NCBI RefSeq assembly: GCF_004010195.1 | Contig: NC_057710.1 | Location: 94,213,728-94,277,727 of the forward strand | Length of the DNA stretch: 64,000 nt | Reading direction: 5' to 3' | From: Chiloscyllium plagiosum | Lineage: Eukaryota | Part shown: positions 48,391 to 59,759 of the stretch, piece by piece | Position numbering within the stretch: the first letter of the stretch is position 1 | Layout of the letters: every line of letters starts with the position of its first letter | The notes under the pieces: model-generated | The model's database searches: none | What the model was told of the DNA's origin: nothing | The model's input: the letters and a program-made list of their open reading frames with translations, nothing else | Made by a program: the position numbers and the translations under genes

Positions 48391-49109
48391 GTTAAAATAT
48401 TTAAAAAATTAATCCTATACTCTCTCAACCAGGATGCTCTCCTTAGAAGTATCCCATTCTGTAAATTGCTAGTCCTTTTTCCACTAATCTCTCAGACTCC
48501 CAGTGTGTTCAATTTAAGACACTCAAATTTGTGGTGAAATTATGTCTTCCTCTTGTGCTGTGTTTTTAATTAACCACCTTTAGATGGATCTCCCTGCTGC
48601 CACCTCCAATGCTGTATTCCTCTGACTACCTTCCAAGTCCATTACTGGTTGCCATGCTTCACCACACCCAAGTCACCCCACACACTTCTGGAGAAACATT
48701 GTTAAATACCTTTTCCAATTATCTTGCATTATAATTTATTCTCACGTAAAATAGTTAAAATTTAATTGGACTGTTACTTCACATATATGCTCAAATGCAA
48801 GCTTTTAAGACCAAATTTTATTTAACATATTTTCTTTCTTTATGATCAGTATCATTTGCTTTACATTTGTTTTGAATCCAAATCAAATGTTTTATGTTGC
48901 ATAATCTCCAGTGTCTGAGTTTCTTTTGGATGTGTACTTAAAACTGCATTTTATCATAACTTTATTCTTCCATTCATTTGGATTATAGCTAAATATGAAT
49001 CTCAATTCTATTTGCTAACTTTTGATGCAGGTTCCTTGCACATCAAACATCTATTAACCGAAATCTAAAATTCTTATTGATCCAACATCCACCAGCTTTT
49101 GGAGAAGAG

Positions 49110-49588
49110 GTTATAGGAAGGATATTACTAAATTAGAGAAGATGCAGACTAGATTAACAAGGATGTTAATGGGACGTGGAGACTTTGAGTAAAAATGAGA
49201 GGCTGCATAGGTTGGGAAATTTTTCATTGGCGTGTCAGAGGTTGACAGGTGACCTTATTGAGGTTTATAAAATCATTGAGGAGCAGAGGTAAGGTGGATA
49301 GCAAAGGTCTTTCCCTAGGATGGGCGAGTTCAAAGCTAGAAGGCACAATTTTAAAGTGAGTGGTGAAAGATTTAAAACTCACCTGAGGGGCAACTCTTTC
49401 ATACAGAGGAGAGTTGTAGATACACGTACAGTTAAAATATTTAAAGGACATTTGGACAGGTACATGAATAGGAAAGATTTAGAGGGATATGGGCCAAATG
49501 CAGGCAATTGAGACTAATTTAGTTTGGGAAACTTGGTCATCACGGACATGTTGGACTGGAAGGTCTGTTTCCATGCTGTATGACTCCG
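49110..49588 (+). mobile_element. CR1 3' fragment
   Basis: ggtgaccttattgaggtttataaaatc motif; CR1 3' UTR ending gctgtatgactc. Confidence 0.8.
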
Positions 49589-49772
49589 ACTCCATCCATA
49601 AGAATGACCTGGAGCTGCTTGTTGCCTGCCACTACAATGCACCACCATGTTCCCTGGCAAACACCTCTGTCTCAAGCTTGTTGCAGTGCTCCAGTGAAGC
49701 TCAGCAGAAGCTGGAATAATAGTATCTTATTTTCCAATTGGCAACCCTGCAGCTTTCTGGACTCAATATCAA
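49589..49772 (+). mobile_element. Penelope-like element C-terminal coding fragment
   Basis: SIHKNDLELLVACHYN...EAQQKLE**YLIFQLATLQLSGLNI matches the PLE GIY-YIG C-terminus (..VA.HFN...RKL.E..LI..LGTL.P.GLN). Confidence 0.75.
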
Positions 49773-50329
49773 GGGGATGCTATGTTGACAGGGCTTATTT
49801 CCCCAGTATTTGGAAGAATAAGGAGTGATCTAATTCAAACATACAAAATTCTTACAGGAATTGACAGGGTATTTGCAGGAAGGATGGCACTCCTGGCTGG
49901 GATTCACAAACCACAGGGTTAAGCTTCAGAATATGAGGTAGGCAGGACATCAGGAGCTGACTCTTGTCCCATATGGAATGTGGAGATTCATTTAAATATG
50001 TTGATTAATATTTGATTTGTGCGCTTTAAAAATATGAGGGGATATGGGGGTAGAGCAGAAAAATGAAAAAGGAAGAGATCTCATTGAATGGTGGATTAGT
50101 TTGCAAAAACTGAATGGCCTGCCCCTAAATCCGATTTCCGATTCTCTAAGAATGAGCTTCAAGGATTTTTACGCAATGACAATAAAGGAACAGCAATGCA
50201 GTTCCAAGACAGGGCAGTGTGTAGTTTTGAGGGGAACTTATAAAGTGAAGTTCTCATGTATCTGTTGCCATTATTCTTCAAGGTGGTAGAGGTTGTGAAT
50301 TTGGCTAAAATGAATGTGGTTCTATTACA

Positions 50330-51730
50330 GGCATGGTCAGGAGAATTTACAATGGAGCATAGAGAGATCTTAGAGAAGATAAATCATTACTTTAATCTGT
50401 TTTTGCTAAGGAAGATGCAATAAGTCTCCTGGAACTGGAGATCCAAGTGGCTAGAGTAAATGAAGAGGTGAAGGAAATGAGCATTTGTAAGAAGATTGTA
50501 TTGGAGAAATTAATGGAACTGAAAGTTGATAAATCCTTAAAACCTGATAGTCTTCATTCTTGTGTTGAAAGAGGTGGCTATAGACATAGTCAATCCATTG
50601 GTGATTATCTTCTAGTCTTCCTTAGATTATGGAATGATTCCTGCAGATTGGAAGGTAGCAAATGTCACCGCACTATTTAAGAATAGAGCAAGAGAGAGAA
50701 AAAATCTATAGACCTGTTAGCCTTCCATTGTAAATACATAGGTATTTGTGTTTGAAATTATTGAAGATTGTTGAAGACGGTATAAACAAAATTTGTGAAG
50801 GAGAACTAAGAAATGTACTTAGATTTTCAGAAAGCTTTTAACAAAGACTGGAATGGGAGCTTGTTCAAAACATTAAAGCACATTGAGTAGGAGGTAATAT
50901 ACAGGCATGGTTTAAGGATTGGCTAACAGACAGAAACAGAGTAGAAATAAATAGGTCATTCACACATTGGCAGGCTGTGATTGGTGGGTACTGCAAGGAT
51001 AGTAGTTGGGCCCCACCTGTTCACAATATTTACCAGTAACTTGAAGGTGGTCATCAAATGTAATATTCCAAAATATGTGAATGGTGCCAAGCTAAGTGGG
51101 AATGTGTGTTGTGAGGAAGATGTAAAACTGCTTCAGGAAGATTTGGACAGGCTTATTTAATGGGCAAAAACATGTCAGATGGAATGCAATGTGGAAAAAT
51201 AAGAGCTTATCCAGTTAAATAGTAAGTGGCTGGGGAGTGCAAGTATATAAAGATATATGCTCTTGCCAATAAGTCACTGAAAGCTAACATGCAGGTGCAG
51301 CAAGCTATTAGGAAAGCTAACGGAATCTTAGCCTTTGTTGCAAGAGGATTTGAGTACAGGAGTTGTGAAGTTTTGCTTGAATTGATTTGGAGTTGGTTAG
51401 GCCACACCTGGAGTACTGTGTGCAGTTTTCATCTCCTTATCATAGGAAGAATATTATTGCAATAGAGGGAATGCAACAGATGTTCCTGGGATAAATTACT
51501 CAGCAGGTTGTAAAAGTTTGAAATACTCTATTTGAGGGCTTACTGTATGGAGGCCTTTGGATCTTTGGGCTTTGAGTATGTTTAAGATTGATTGATTGCT
51601 TTCTGACTACCAGAGATGTAAAGGTTATGTAGGTGGGATGGGTAAAAGATTGAAGTATTCGATCACCCTTGACCATTTGAATGGCAAGACAAGCTTGATG
51701 TGCTGAATGGCCTACTCCTATTCCTACGTT
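50330..51730 (+). mobile_element. Old CR1 ORF2 remnant
   Basis: LMELKVDKS, gattggaaggtagcaaatgtcacc, QVQQAIRKANGILAFVARGFEYRS. Confidence 0.8.
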
Positions 51731-52769
51731 CTGAAGAAAAGTGTTGTTAAATAAAGAGGACAATCATCTGAGTTGCAGTTGACACTCTGATGAAAGATTT
51801 GTATATTCTGCGAACATGGAACTTATTCAGGATTCCAGTTAGTGGTCTTTCCTGGCAATTATTATTGACATTTATCTGTCTTTGTGTCTTAACATTTATT
51901 TTGCAGCATTTGTAAGGTAAGATGCAGTGATACTTGTTTCAGTATACCTTCTTGGCCTGCGAAGAGCAATTACATTGTCGGATGTATCATAGTAAAGCAC
52001 TGAATGAGTGTTGTTTCTTTTATTGTCTCCAAAAAAGATGAAGCTTAGTGTTTTAAGTAAAGAGTAAACACAGTTAAAATCATCAATGCTACTTATAACT
52101 TCTACCCTGTACATTTGAGTTTCCTTATGTTTAAAATGCAAAATTTGTAACTTTGTGCAATTTTGCTTTGAATCATCCTTGTCGTCTTTGAAAATCATTT
52201 TGAAACAATTTAAATCGTCATTCATCTAGCCTTTCACATTACTCTGGCTATTTTGACATCTTGGATATTTTCAGCTCATTTAACCAATGTAGAAAAACAG
52301 TAGAATAGTCTTCTCAGGGCACTGGTCAAGCTCATTTTCAGCACAGTATTCACAAGCTAAAAATGCAAGGGAGACATTCAAGTGCTGGAGGCACTGCAGA
52401 AAAAATACTATTCTGTATATTATTTATTGCATGTCTGAAGAACAACTCTGTGAAATTTATCCTAACCTTGCCTTTTACTTGAATCAGTGAATGTTTGTTC
52501 TACACTTCGTGCTCAGTTTGAAGTACCATTCCGAATCTTGATTTTTAAAAATCTCAATATCATTTTAAAAGTTTTTTTTCTCGAAAGGGTTTCATGCCCT
52601 AGTATATTAGGAATTCAGTATTTGTGTTTGTATTTGAAGACTAGATAAAAGACTGGAGAAGATGGCAACCTAAGAATCATCTCACTTAATTTATTGATGG
52701 AAGCCACTCCTTTTTCTCAACAGGGAACAAACAAAACATTCTAAATTGATGCTGAATCAATGTCCTTTC

Positions 52770-53085
52770 TTGGTTGAGTGTTACTGTGACTGGGCTAGTA
52801 ATCCGGAGACCTAAATGATGATCCAGGGGTTTGGATTCAAATCCCACCATGTCAGATAGTGAAATGGAATTCAATAGAAATCTGGAATTAAGAGTCTAGA
52901 AAAACCCACTTGGTTCATTAATGTCCTTATGGAGGAAACTCCTCTCCTTATGGTGACTGGGCCACATGTAACTCTCATGGTGATGTGGTTGACTCTTAAC
53001 CTCACTCTGGGCAATGAGGGATAAGTAATAAACGTTAACCTAGCCACTGACCCCCACATCCTGTGAATGATAATAAAATAAAAGT
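52770..53085 (+). mobile_element. tRNA-derived SINE with a LINE-derived tail
   Basis: B-box-like ggattcaaatccc; tail cccacatcctgtgaatga(taaaa)n. Confidence 0.65.
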
Positions 53086-53129
53086 TGTTACTGTCATTCA
53101 GTCAGAGTTTCAATAGTTATAGTTTATTG

Positions 53130-55400
53130 TTCAAGCACTTTTAGAACATGTTGAATTTGAATATCATCATCATTTTCAGAATGGTGGCAGTAGACAAGTG
53201 TACTTATTTATCCCTTGTATGGCAGGTTACACTAAAGATACAGAATTTCACCATCCGCTATTTTTCCCTTGTGTGTTTAGTGCAAATGATTTTGTATTTC
53301 TCACAATCAACTAATGCTTGTAGTATAATCAGGAGATCGGAACCTTGATGCAAGTTTGAAGTAGTGTACCTGACCAGACTGTTTTTGAAGCAAATTATTC
53401 AGCACTGTCACCCCAACTCCAGTTTATATTTCCAGTTCCCAATTCATTTCTTCTCCATTATTGAAATTTCTAAACTTAACTGGATTCTTTTACAACATAG
53501 ATGCTTCCTGAAACTCATGTACTGCAGTTTCTAAGATTTTACACAGTAAAGGATGTCAGTTCCTAAAATTTAAAATGATTAGTTAAACATCTCCGTCACA
53601 TATTGTTTTACTGTCTGTAAAGAATTAGAATTTACAAAGCAAAAGTCAAGAGTGTAATGGAATGAGTGCAGCTCCAACAACAGTTAAGAAGCTTAACACG
53701 ATCCATCAAATAAAGGCAAAATACTGCAGATGCTGGAAATCTGAAACAAAGATACAAAATGCCGGAGAAACTCAGCAAGTTTTGGCAGCATTTGTGGAGA
53801 GACAAAAGCAGTTAATATTTTAAGTCCAGTATGACTTCTTCAGAACAATACTCTTCTTCAACTCACTTTCAACATTCTCACTCTTCACCACTGCACAGTA
53901 GCAACATTTTGTACCATGTTAGACTCAATCCTGGAGCTCCCTTCCTAATAGCACTGTGTGTGTACCCAAACCACAAGGAATACAGTGGTTCAAGATGGCA
54001 GCACCTCATTACTCTCAAGGGCAATTGGAGATGGGCAATAAATGCTGGCTTAGCCACTGACTCCCATTTCCTATGAATGAAAGCATGAACAAATAAAGAA
54101 AAACAAAACAGAGAATCGCCCCAACCTGTCCCAACTTCAAGTTCATATGAGAACCAACCTCCTGGAAATTTCGCTATCTTGCAACTTGCTCAGAACATAT
54201 TTGTTTTACAAGATACTCACTTGAACCTTAATGGTCAAAAGCATCTAATGAACTACATAACTGCTAAGAAGGAGACCAAAGATCACAAATCACTGACTAA
54301 GATAATTATAATCTTTAACAGTACTGTATATCATTTACATCTGTACCTAACCTTTGTATGTCCAGGTGTGTTGGTGAGACATCTGGTTTAATTCAGGAAA
54401 AGTATATTTTAATTCGCAATAATCACTCCTCTGTTACAACTCCTCAGTTACAATACTGCCACTGCATGTGAATAGATCTCCTTTATTTTTAAAATTTGCA
54501 GAAGCTTACTGTTGGAATTATTAAATTTGTTTCTATGTTGTGATGATAGAAAGATCTAAGGATCACAGGGTCCTCTGCTCTTTCATTGTTCTACATGCTG
54601 ATCACAGGCAGTAAGGAAACATACACAATCTAGGTGTGAAGATGGTGAAAAGATCCCTTAGTGTTTTCTATTGTTTTGGTGCACTAGCTCTGCAGAATGC
54701 CTGTAGGGGTTCTGAATAATCTCCAGCAGTTGATTGTGATCTTGAGATAGAACTGGGTACCATATTTCAAAGTTATGTTCTTTCAGTTTTGTACCATTGA
54801 AGCATGGCATACCTTTACTGTTTATCCGGTATAGTTAAGTATTCAGATTTTTTTTCAAGCACTTTACGAACATGTTGAATTTGAATGTCATCTTCATTTT
54901 CAGTATGGTGGCAGTAGACAAGTGTACTTATTTATCCCTTGTGTGGCAGGTTACACTAAAGATAGAGTTTCACCATCCACTATTTTTCCCTTGTGTGTTT
55001 AGTGCAAATGATTTTGTATTTCTCACAATCAACTAGTGCTTGTAGTATAATCAGGAGATCTGATCATGTTAAGTGAGCTGCTACTGAACCTTGATGCAAG
55101 TTTGAAGTAGTGTACCTGACCAGACTGATTTTGAAGCAAATTATTCTGCACTGTCACACCAAATCCAGTTTATATTTCCAGTTTCCAATCCATTTCTTGT
55201 CCATTATTGAAATTTCTAAATTTAAGTGGCTTCTTTTACAACATAAGCCATTCCTGAAACTCATGTACAGCAATTTCTAAGCTTTTACACTGTAAAGGAT
55301 ATCAATTCCTAAAATTTAAAATGATTAGTCCAATAAAATTCTTCCCCTTAGCATTTATGCAGCCATCTCGGTCACATGTTGTATTGTCTGTAAAGAATTA
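53130..55400 (+). repeat. Local direct duplication of ~500 bp (53130-53627 and 54854-55400)
   Basis: Both copies start ttcaagcacttt and end tgtctgtaaagaatta. They are highly similar, with two indels. Confidence 0.9.
53712..53846 (-). mobile_element. Penelope-derived short element (family 3) with a degenerate hammerhead
   Basis: Minus strand gttCTGAAGA-AGTC-atactg-GACT-tAAA-atatta. Confidence 0.65.
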
Positions 55401-56119
55401 TGATCTAATTAGCCAGGAACCAGTTGTATTGTGTAAGTGTCCCTGTGAGCAACATTCACAGCTGCACTGAAGAGTCAGATTTTTGCTAATGTGCCATCAA
55501 CATAAGCAATCTTCTGATCTGACAACATGGCAGTTTTATTAAAGGCAAACAGCCTTTATTCCAAATTTTAATTCAACAGGCAAACAGAAGATTTCTTTAC
55601 CAGATGTTAATTAAATATTCTCAACTTTACTCTTTTTGTAATCAATTCTGTCAATTTAGCTGTTACTAAAGTATGTTAATGGGTCTGTAGTTCTGTACCT
55701 GCTCTGTAGTTTTGAATCGGGTATCCTGCACGTTTTGTTTAATTGGAGTAATTCATTATTTTTACTGAGTGTATCAGCATTCAGCAGGGTTGTGTTGCTC
55801 ATTTCTAACTTTGTAAACACAGAGGAAATATGCATTCAGTACAGCCACCTCTCCTCCTCCTCTCAGAGTCATACAGCATGGAAACAGACCCTTCGGTTCA
55901 ACCAGTTTGTGCTGAACGTGAACCCAAACTAAACTATTCCCACCTGTCTCCAGGTGAACACTTTTTAAAAATAAAATCCTCATATGTAACATCAGCAATT
56001 ATGTATTTTTTCATGTCACTTTGCATAGCTAATAGCCTAACGTTGTTACTTGTCGGCTTCTATCTCAATTCAAAAATCTGCTCACCTTTCCGCATACATT
56101 ATTTGCGCACAGTCCTAGA

Positions 56120-56630
56120 GCGCAAAACCTTTGGTCCAATTCATTCTGCCAAACAGACATCCCAATCTGATTTAGTCCCATTTGCCAGCACTTGGCCCAT
56201 CTCCCTCTAAACCCTTCCTATTCTTGTACCCATCCACATGCCTTCTAAATGTTGTAATTGTACGAGCCTCCACCACTTCCTTTGGCAGCTCATTCCATTC
56301 TTACAACATCCTCTGCATGAGAAGGTTACTCCTCAGGTCCTTGTTAAATTTCCCCTCTCACCCTAAACCTATGCCCTCTAGTTCTGGACTCCCCCTCCCT
56401 GGGAAAGAGACCTTGTCTATTTACCCTATCCATGCTCCTCATGATTTTTTAAAACCTCTATAAGGTCACCCTTCCGTCATTCCAAAAGAAAAAAAGCCCC
56501 AGCCTATTCAGCCTCTTCCCATAACTCGAACCATCCCACCCTGGTGACATTTACAAGAATTTACATTTCTGCACTCTTTCAAGTTTAACAATGTTCTTCC
56601 TATAGAAGGGTGACCAGAATAGTACACAGA
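56120..56630 (-). mobile_element. CR1 3' fragment
   Basis: Reverse complement of the CR1 RT C-terminus and 3' UTR. Confidence 0.8.
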
Positions 56631-58092
56631 TGGTTCTTTTGTATGCACCTGTAAGTCAGTTATTTTTTCTTTACTCACTGATCACGTGTATATTATTTAG
56701 CATACATAGGGTTATATATTTTTTTGTCAACCATTCCTTTTAAAATGGACTGTAATTTCTTTGAAATATTCCCTTTAAAAAATTCTCTAGTGTTCGGTGT
56801 TAGAATTTCAAATCAACTCTAACATGATTTATTTGGTTTCAATCTCTTAAGGGCAACATAACTTCCACCTTCTGCACACTGTCAAGATCATTAAAGTTAC
56901 AATTATTATAGTGACATGAGAGATTTGAACATGTCAATATATTATGTTTTCTATCCATGTAAAATTGGGGCTCCCAGAATTAGATCATTAGTGTTTATAG
57001 GACATGGTGTTTACCAAGTTGTGCTAGGAGTGTCTAGGGTAATCAATGGACAATTTTTGATTACTTATGGTGAGAAATGAACACACCAATGCAATAACAA
57101 GATCATTTGAGACAAAATACAAAACTGAACACCCATTTAGCTTCTGAATTAGTTTAGTACAATAGCACCAAATTGATGAAAGATGTTAAATCCTCAGAAC
57201 AAAGAGATATAAATGTTCCATTAGAGTTATTTTCCTTAAAAATGTTGATATAACAAGGATTTGAAAGAACTGCTGTTGTATTTGCTCCGAAAATGTGGTT
57301 TGAGCTATCTTGAAGAGGAGGTGTAGAGATCATGTATGTTTTAAAATTTCCTCAATCTTGCTCAAACTGCTTGGATAATGTTATGCCCCATGTTAGTTCT
57401 AATCTTTTAACTGTTCTTAACTACTTGACCAGAGACTAGATCAGTTATCTTTAGCTTTTTCTGTATAGCTGTGCCTAACTTAGTACTTGTTTATACAATC
57501 TAACTTTTCTCCTTACAGTCAGCTGCATCTGCATGTTGGTTACCATATGGACCCTCTCCGCTATGTTGAATACACCTTCCCGTCTTCACCTCATCACCTT
57601 TTCCTCTCTCAAGAAGATCTGCTCCTTGGTCCAACCCATCTGATTAGACTTTTTAGCTGAACTCTTTTTGTTACACCCCTGATTTGAGTCTATTTGAACT
57701 CAAATTTTGACCCAGTGACAGTGAAGCAATAACAATTATATTTCCAAGTTTGTGTGGTATATGGCTTAGCAGGGAACCTGCAGATGGTTGTGTTCCCGTG
57801 TATCTGTTGTCATTCTAGATGTTAAAAGTCATGGATTTAGAAGGTGTTGTCTAAGTGCCTTGCTAACTGTGGCCTTTACTCTACATCCTGCCTGATCTGT
57901 AAATCGGAAATCTATCTCGCATAGCCTTGCATACATTGAATGATGTGGCCTCCAGTGCTCGCTGCGGCAGAAAATTCCAAGCACTGACAAACTTCTAAGA
58001 GAAGAAATTCCTCTTGATCTCTACATTAAATGGGAGACCCTTATTCTGAAATTATGCCCCCTGATTCCACAACAAGGGGTAATGTACTCTGA

Positions 58093-58187
58093 GCTGAAAA
58101 TGTGTTGCTGGAAAAGCGCAGCAGGTCAGGCAGCATCTAGGGAACAGGAGAATCGACGTTTCGGGCATAAGCCCTTCTTCAGGGCTT
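58093..58187 (-). mobile_element. Penelope-derived family 1 element with an intact hammerhead core, inserted in an old antisense CR1 (~57880-58500)
   Basis: 25-bp duplication cacaacaaggggtaatgtactctga at 58068-58092 and 58188-58212. Minus strand cCTGAAGA-A-GGGC-ttat-GCCC-GAAA-CGTC-gatt at 58151-58183. Confidence 0.85.
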
Positions 58188-58624
58188 CACAACAAGGGGT
58201 AATGTACTCTGACCATATTTGGAATTTTTCATCTTTCAATATGATCAATTTTTTCCTTCTTAATTCCAACCTGCTCAACCTTTCTCCAGCAGTCAACAAT
58301 ATATTCCAGAAATCAACCAAGCCAGTGTTTTCTGAATGCCATGCGCCTCAAATAAGAGAACAAATTGTACACGGTACGGCTTGTATGGTCTCCTAAATTC
58401 CATATGTAATTGTGGCAAGGCTTTCCTTCTTTTAAACTCTATCCTCCTTAGAATAAAGGATGTTATTAAATGCTTGTGTTCCCAGTAGAGCTTGCTTTCC
58501 AAGAAGGAATTTAAATAAGAATTAAAATGGAGAATTTCTTCACTCAGGATTATGAATGTTTAGAATTCACTATCCCTGGAATGCTGTGATGTTCAGACAT
58601 CTGGTGTATTTAAATACATAATTC

Positions 58625-59300
58625 TTTGAAATTTGCATTGCAGGTAGATAGTGTGGCTAAGAAGGCATTTAATACGCTTGCCTTCATTGCTCAGGCCATT
58701 ATGTATGAGAGTTGGGATGTCATGTTGAGATTGTACATGACGTTGGTGAGGCCTTTTCTGCAATACTGTGTGCCATTCTGTTTTCCCTGTTATGGGAAGG
58801 ATATTATTAAATTGGTGATGGTTCAGAAGAGATTTACCAGGAATTTATAAGGAATGGAGGGTTTGAGTTATATAAATAAGCTGGATAGACTGGGACTTCT
58901 TTCACTGGAGTGTTGGAGGTTGAGACATGACCTTCTAGAAGTTTATAAAATCATGAATGACATAGATAAGGTTAATAACCACTGCCCTTTCCCTAGTTTG
59001 GGGGGAGTTCAATACTAAGGTGCATTCTTTTAAGGTGAGAGGAGTAAGTTTTAAAAAGTACATGGGGCAATTTTCTTTGCACAGATTGGTTTCTGTGTGG
59101 AATGAACTGCCAGAGTAAGTGATGGATGCAGGTACAGTTACAACATGTAAAAGATATTTGGATATGAACATGAAGATGAAACGTTTGGAGGGTGGTGGGC
59201 CAATGCAGAAAAGTGGGGCTCGTTTGATTTGGAAACATGATTGGTATAGACTAGCTGGATTGAAGGGTCTGCGTCCATGCTGTATGATTCTATAATTCAA
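58625..59300 (+). mobile_element. CR1 3' fragment
   Basis: LRLYMTLVRPFLQYCVPF motif; CR1 3' UTR. Confidence 0.82.
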
Positions 59301-59759
59301 TTCAGCTATGATGCTTAGAATTCATAGAATCTTACGGAATGGAAGGAAACTGTTCAAACCAATATGTCTGTGCACGGTCTTTGAGAAACCTATTCATTTA
59401 ATTCATACTCCCTTGTTTTCTTTTCTATAGACTTGCAAAATTTTCTTTTTCAATTATGCATCTGGTTCCTTTTTGAAAGCTAGTCTTGAGAGTATCCCTT
59501 ATCTGTTGAGCATGTTGCGTGTTAATTTCAGCTTTCAAAAGGAAAACACCAGTTGAATTTTAAAGCCACCATTATAATCTTATCTGTGTTTTGATTAGAA
59601 AAGGATTCCAGGAAAGGTAATTTCAAAGGCAATGAGAGAAACGTCAATTCTGTGGAATAGAATAGTGATGAGTAAACAAAGAATTTGGTCAAATTGGGAC
59701 AGAACTTAAGAAAAGCAGTTGGGCATAAGTGTCTGAGGTGGTATCAAGAAGAATAGTAA

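Noticed and set aside
53225-53275. actaaagat and tattttt resembling U5 snRNA loop/Sm site
   Set aside because: Only ~9 nt match, and the invariant U5 loop GCCTTTTAC is absent.
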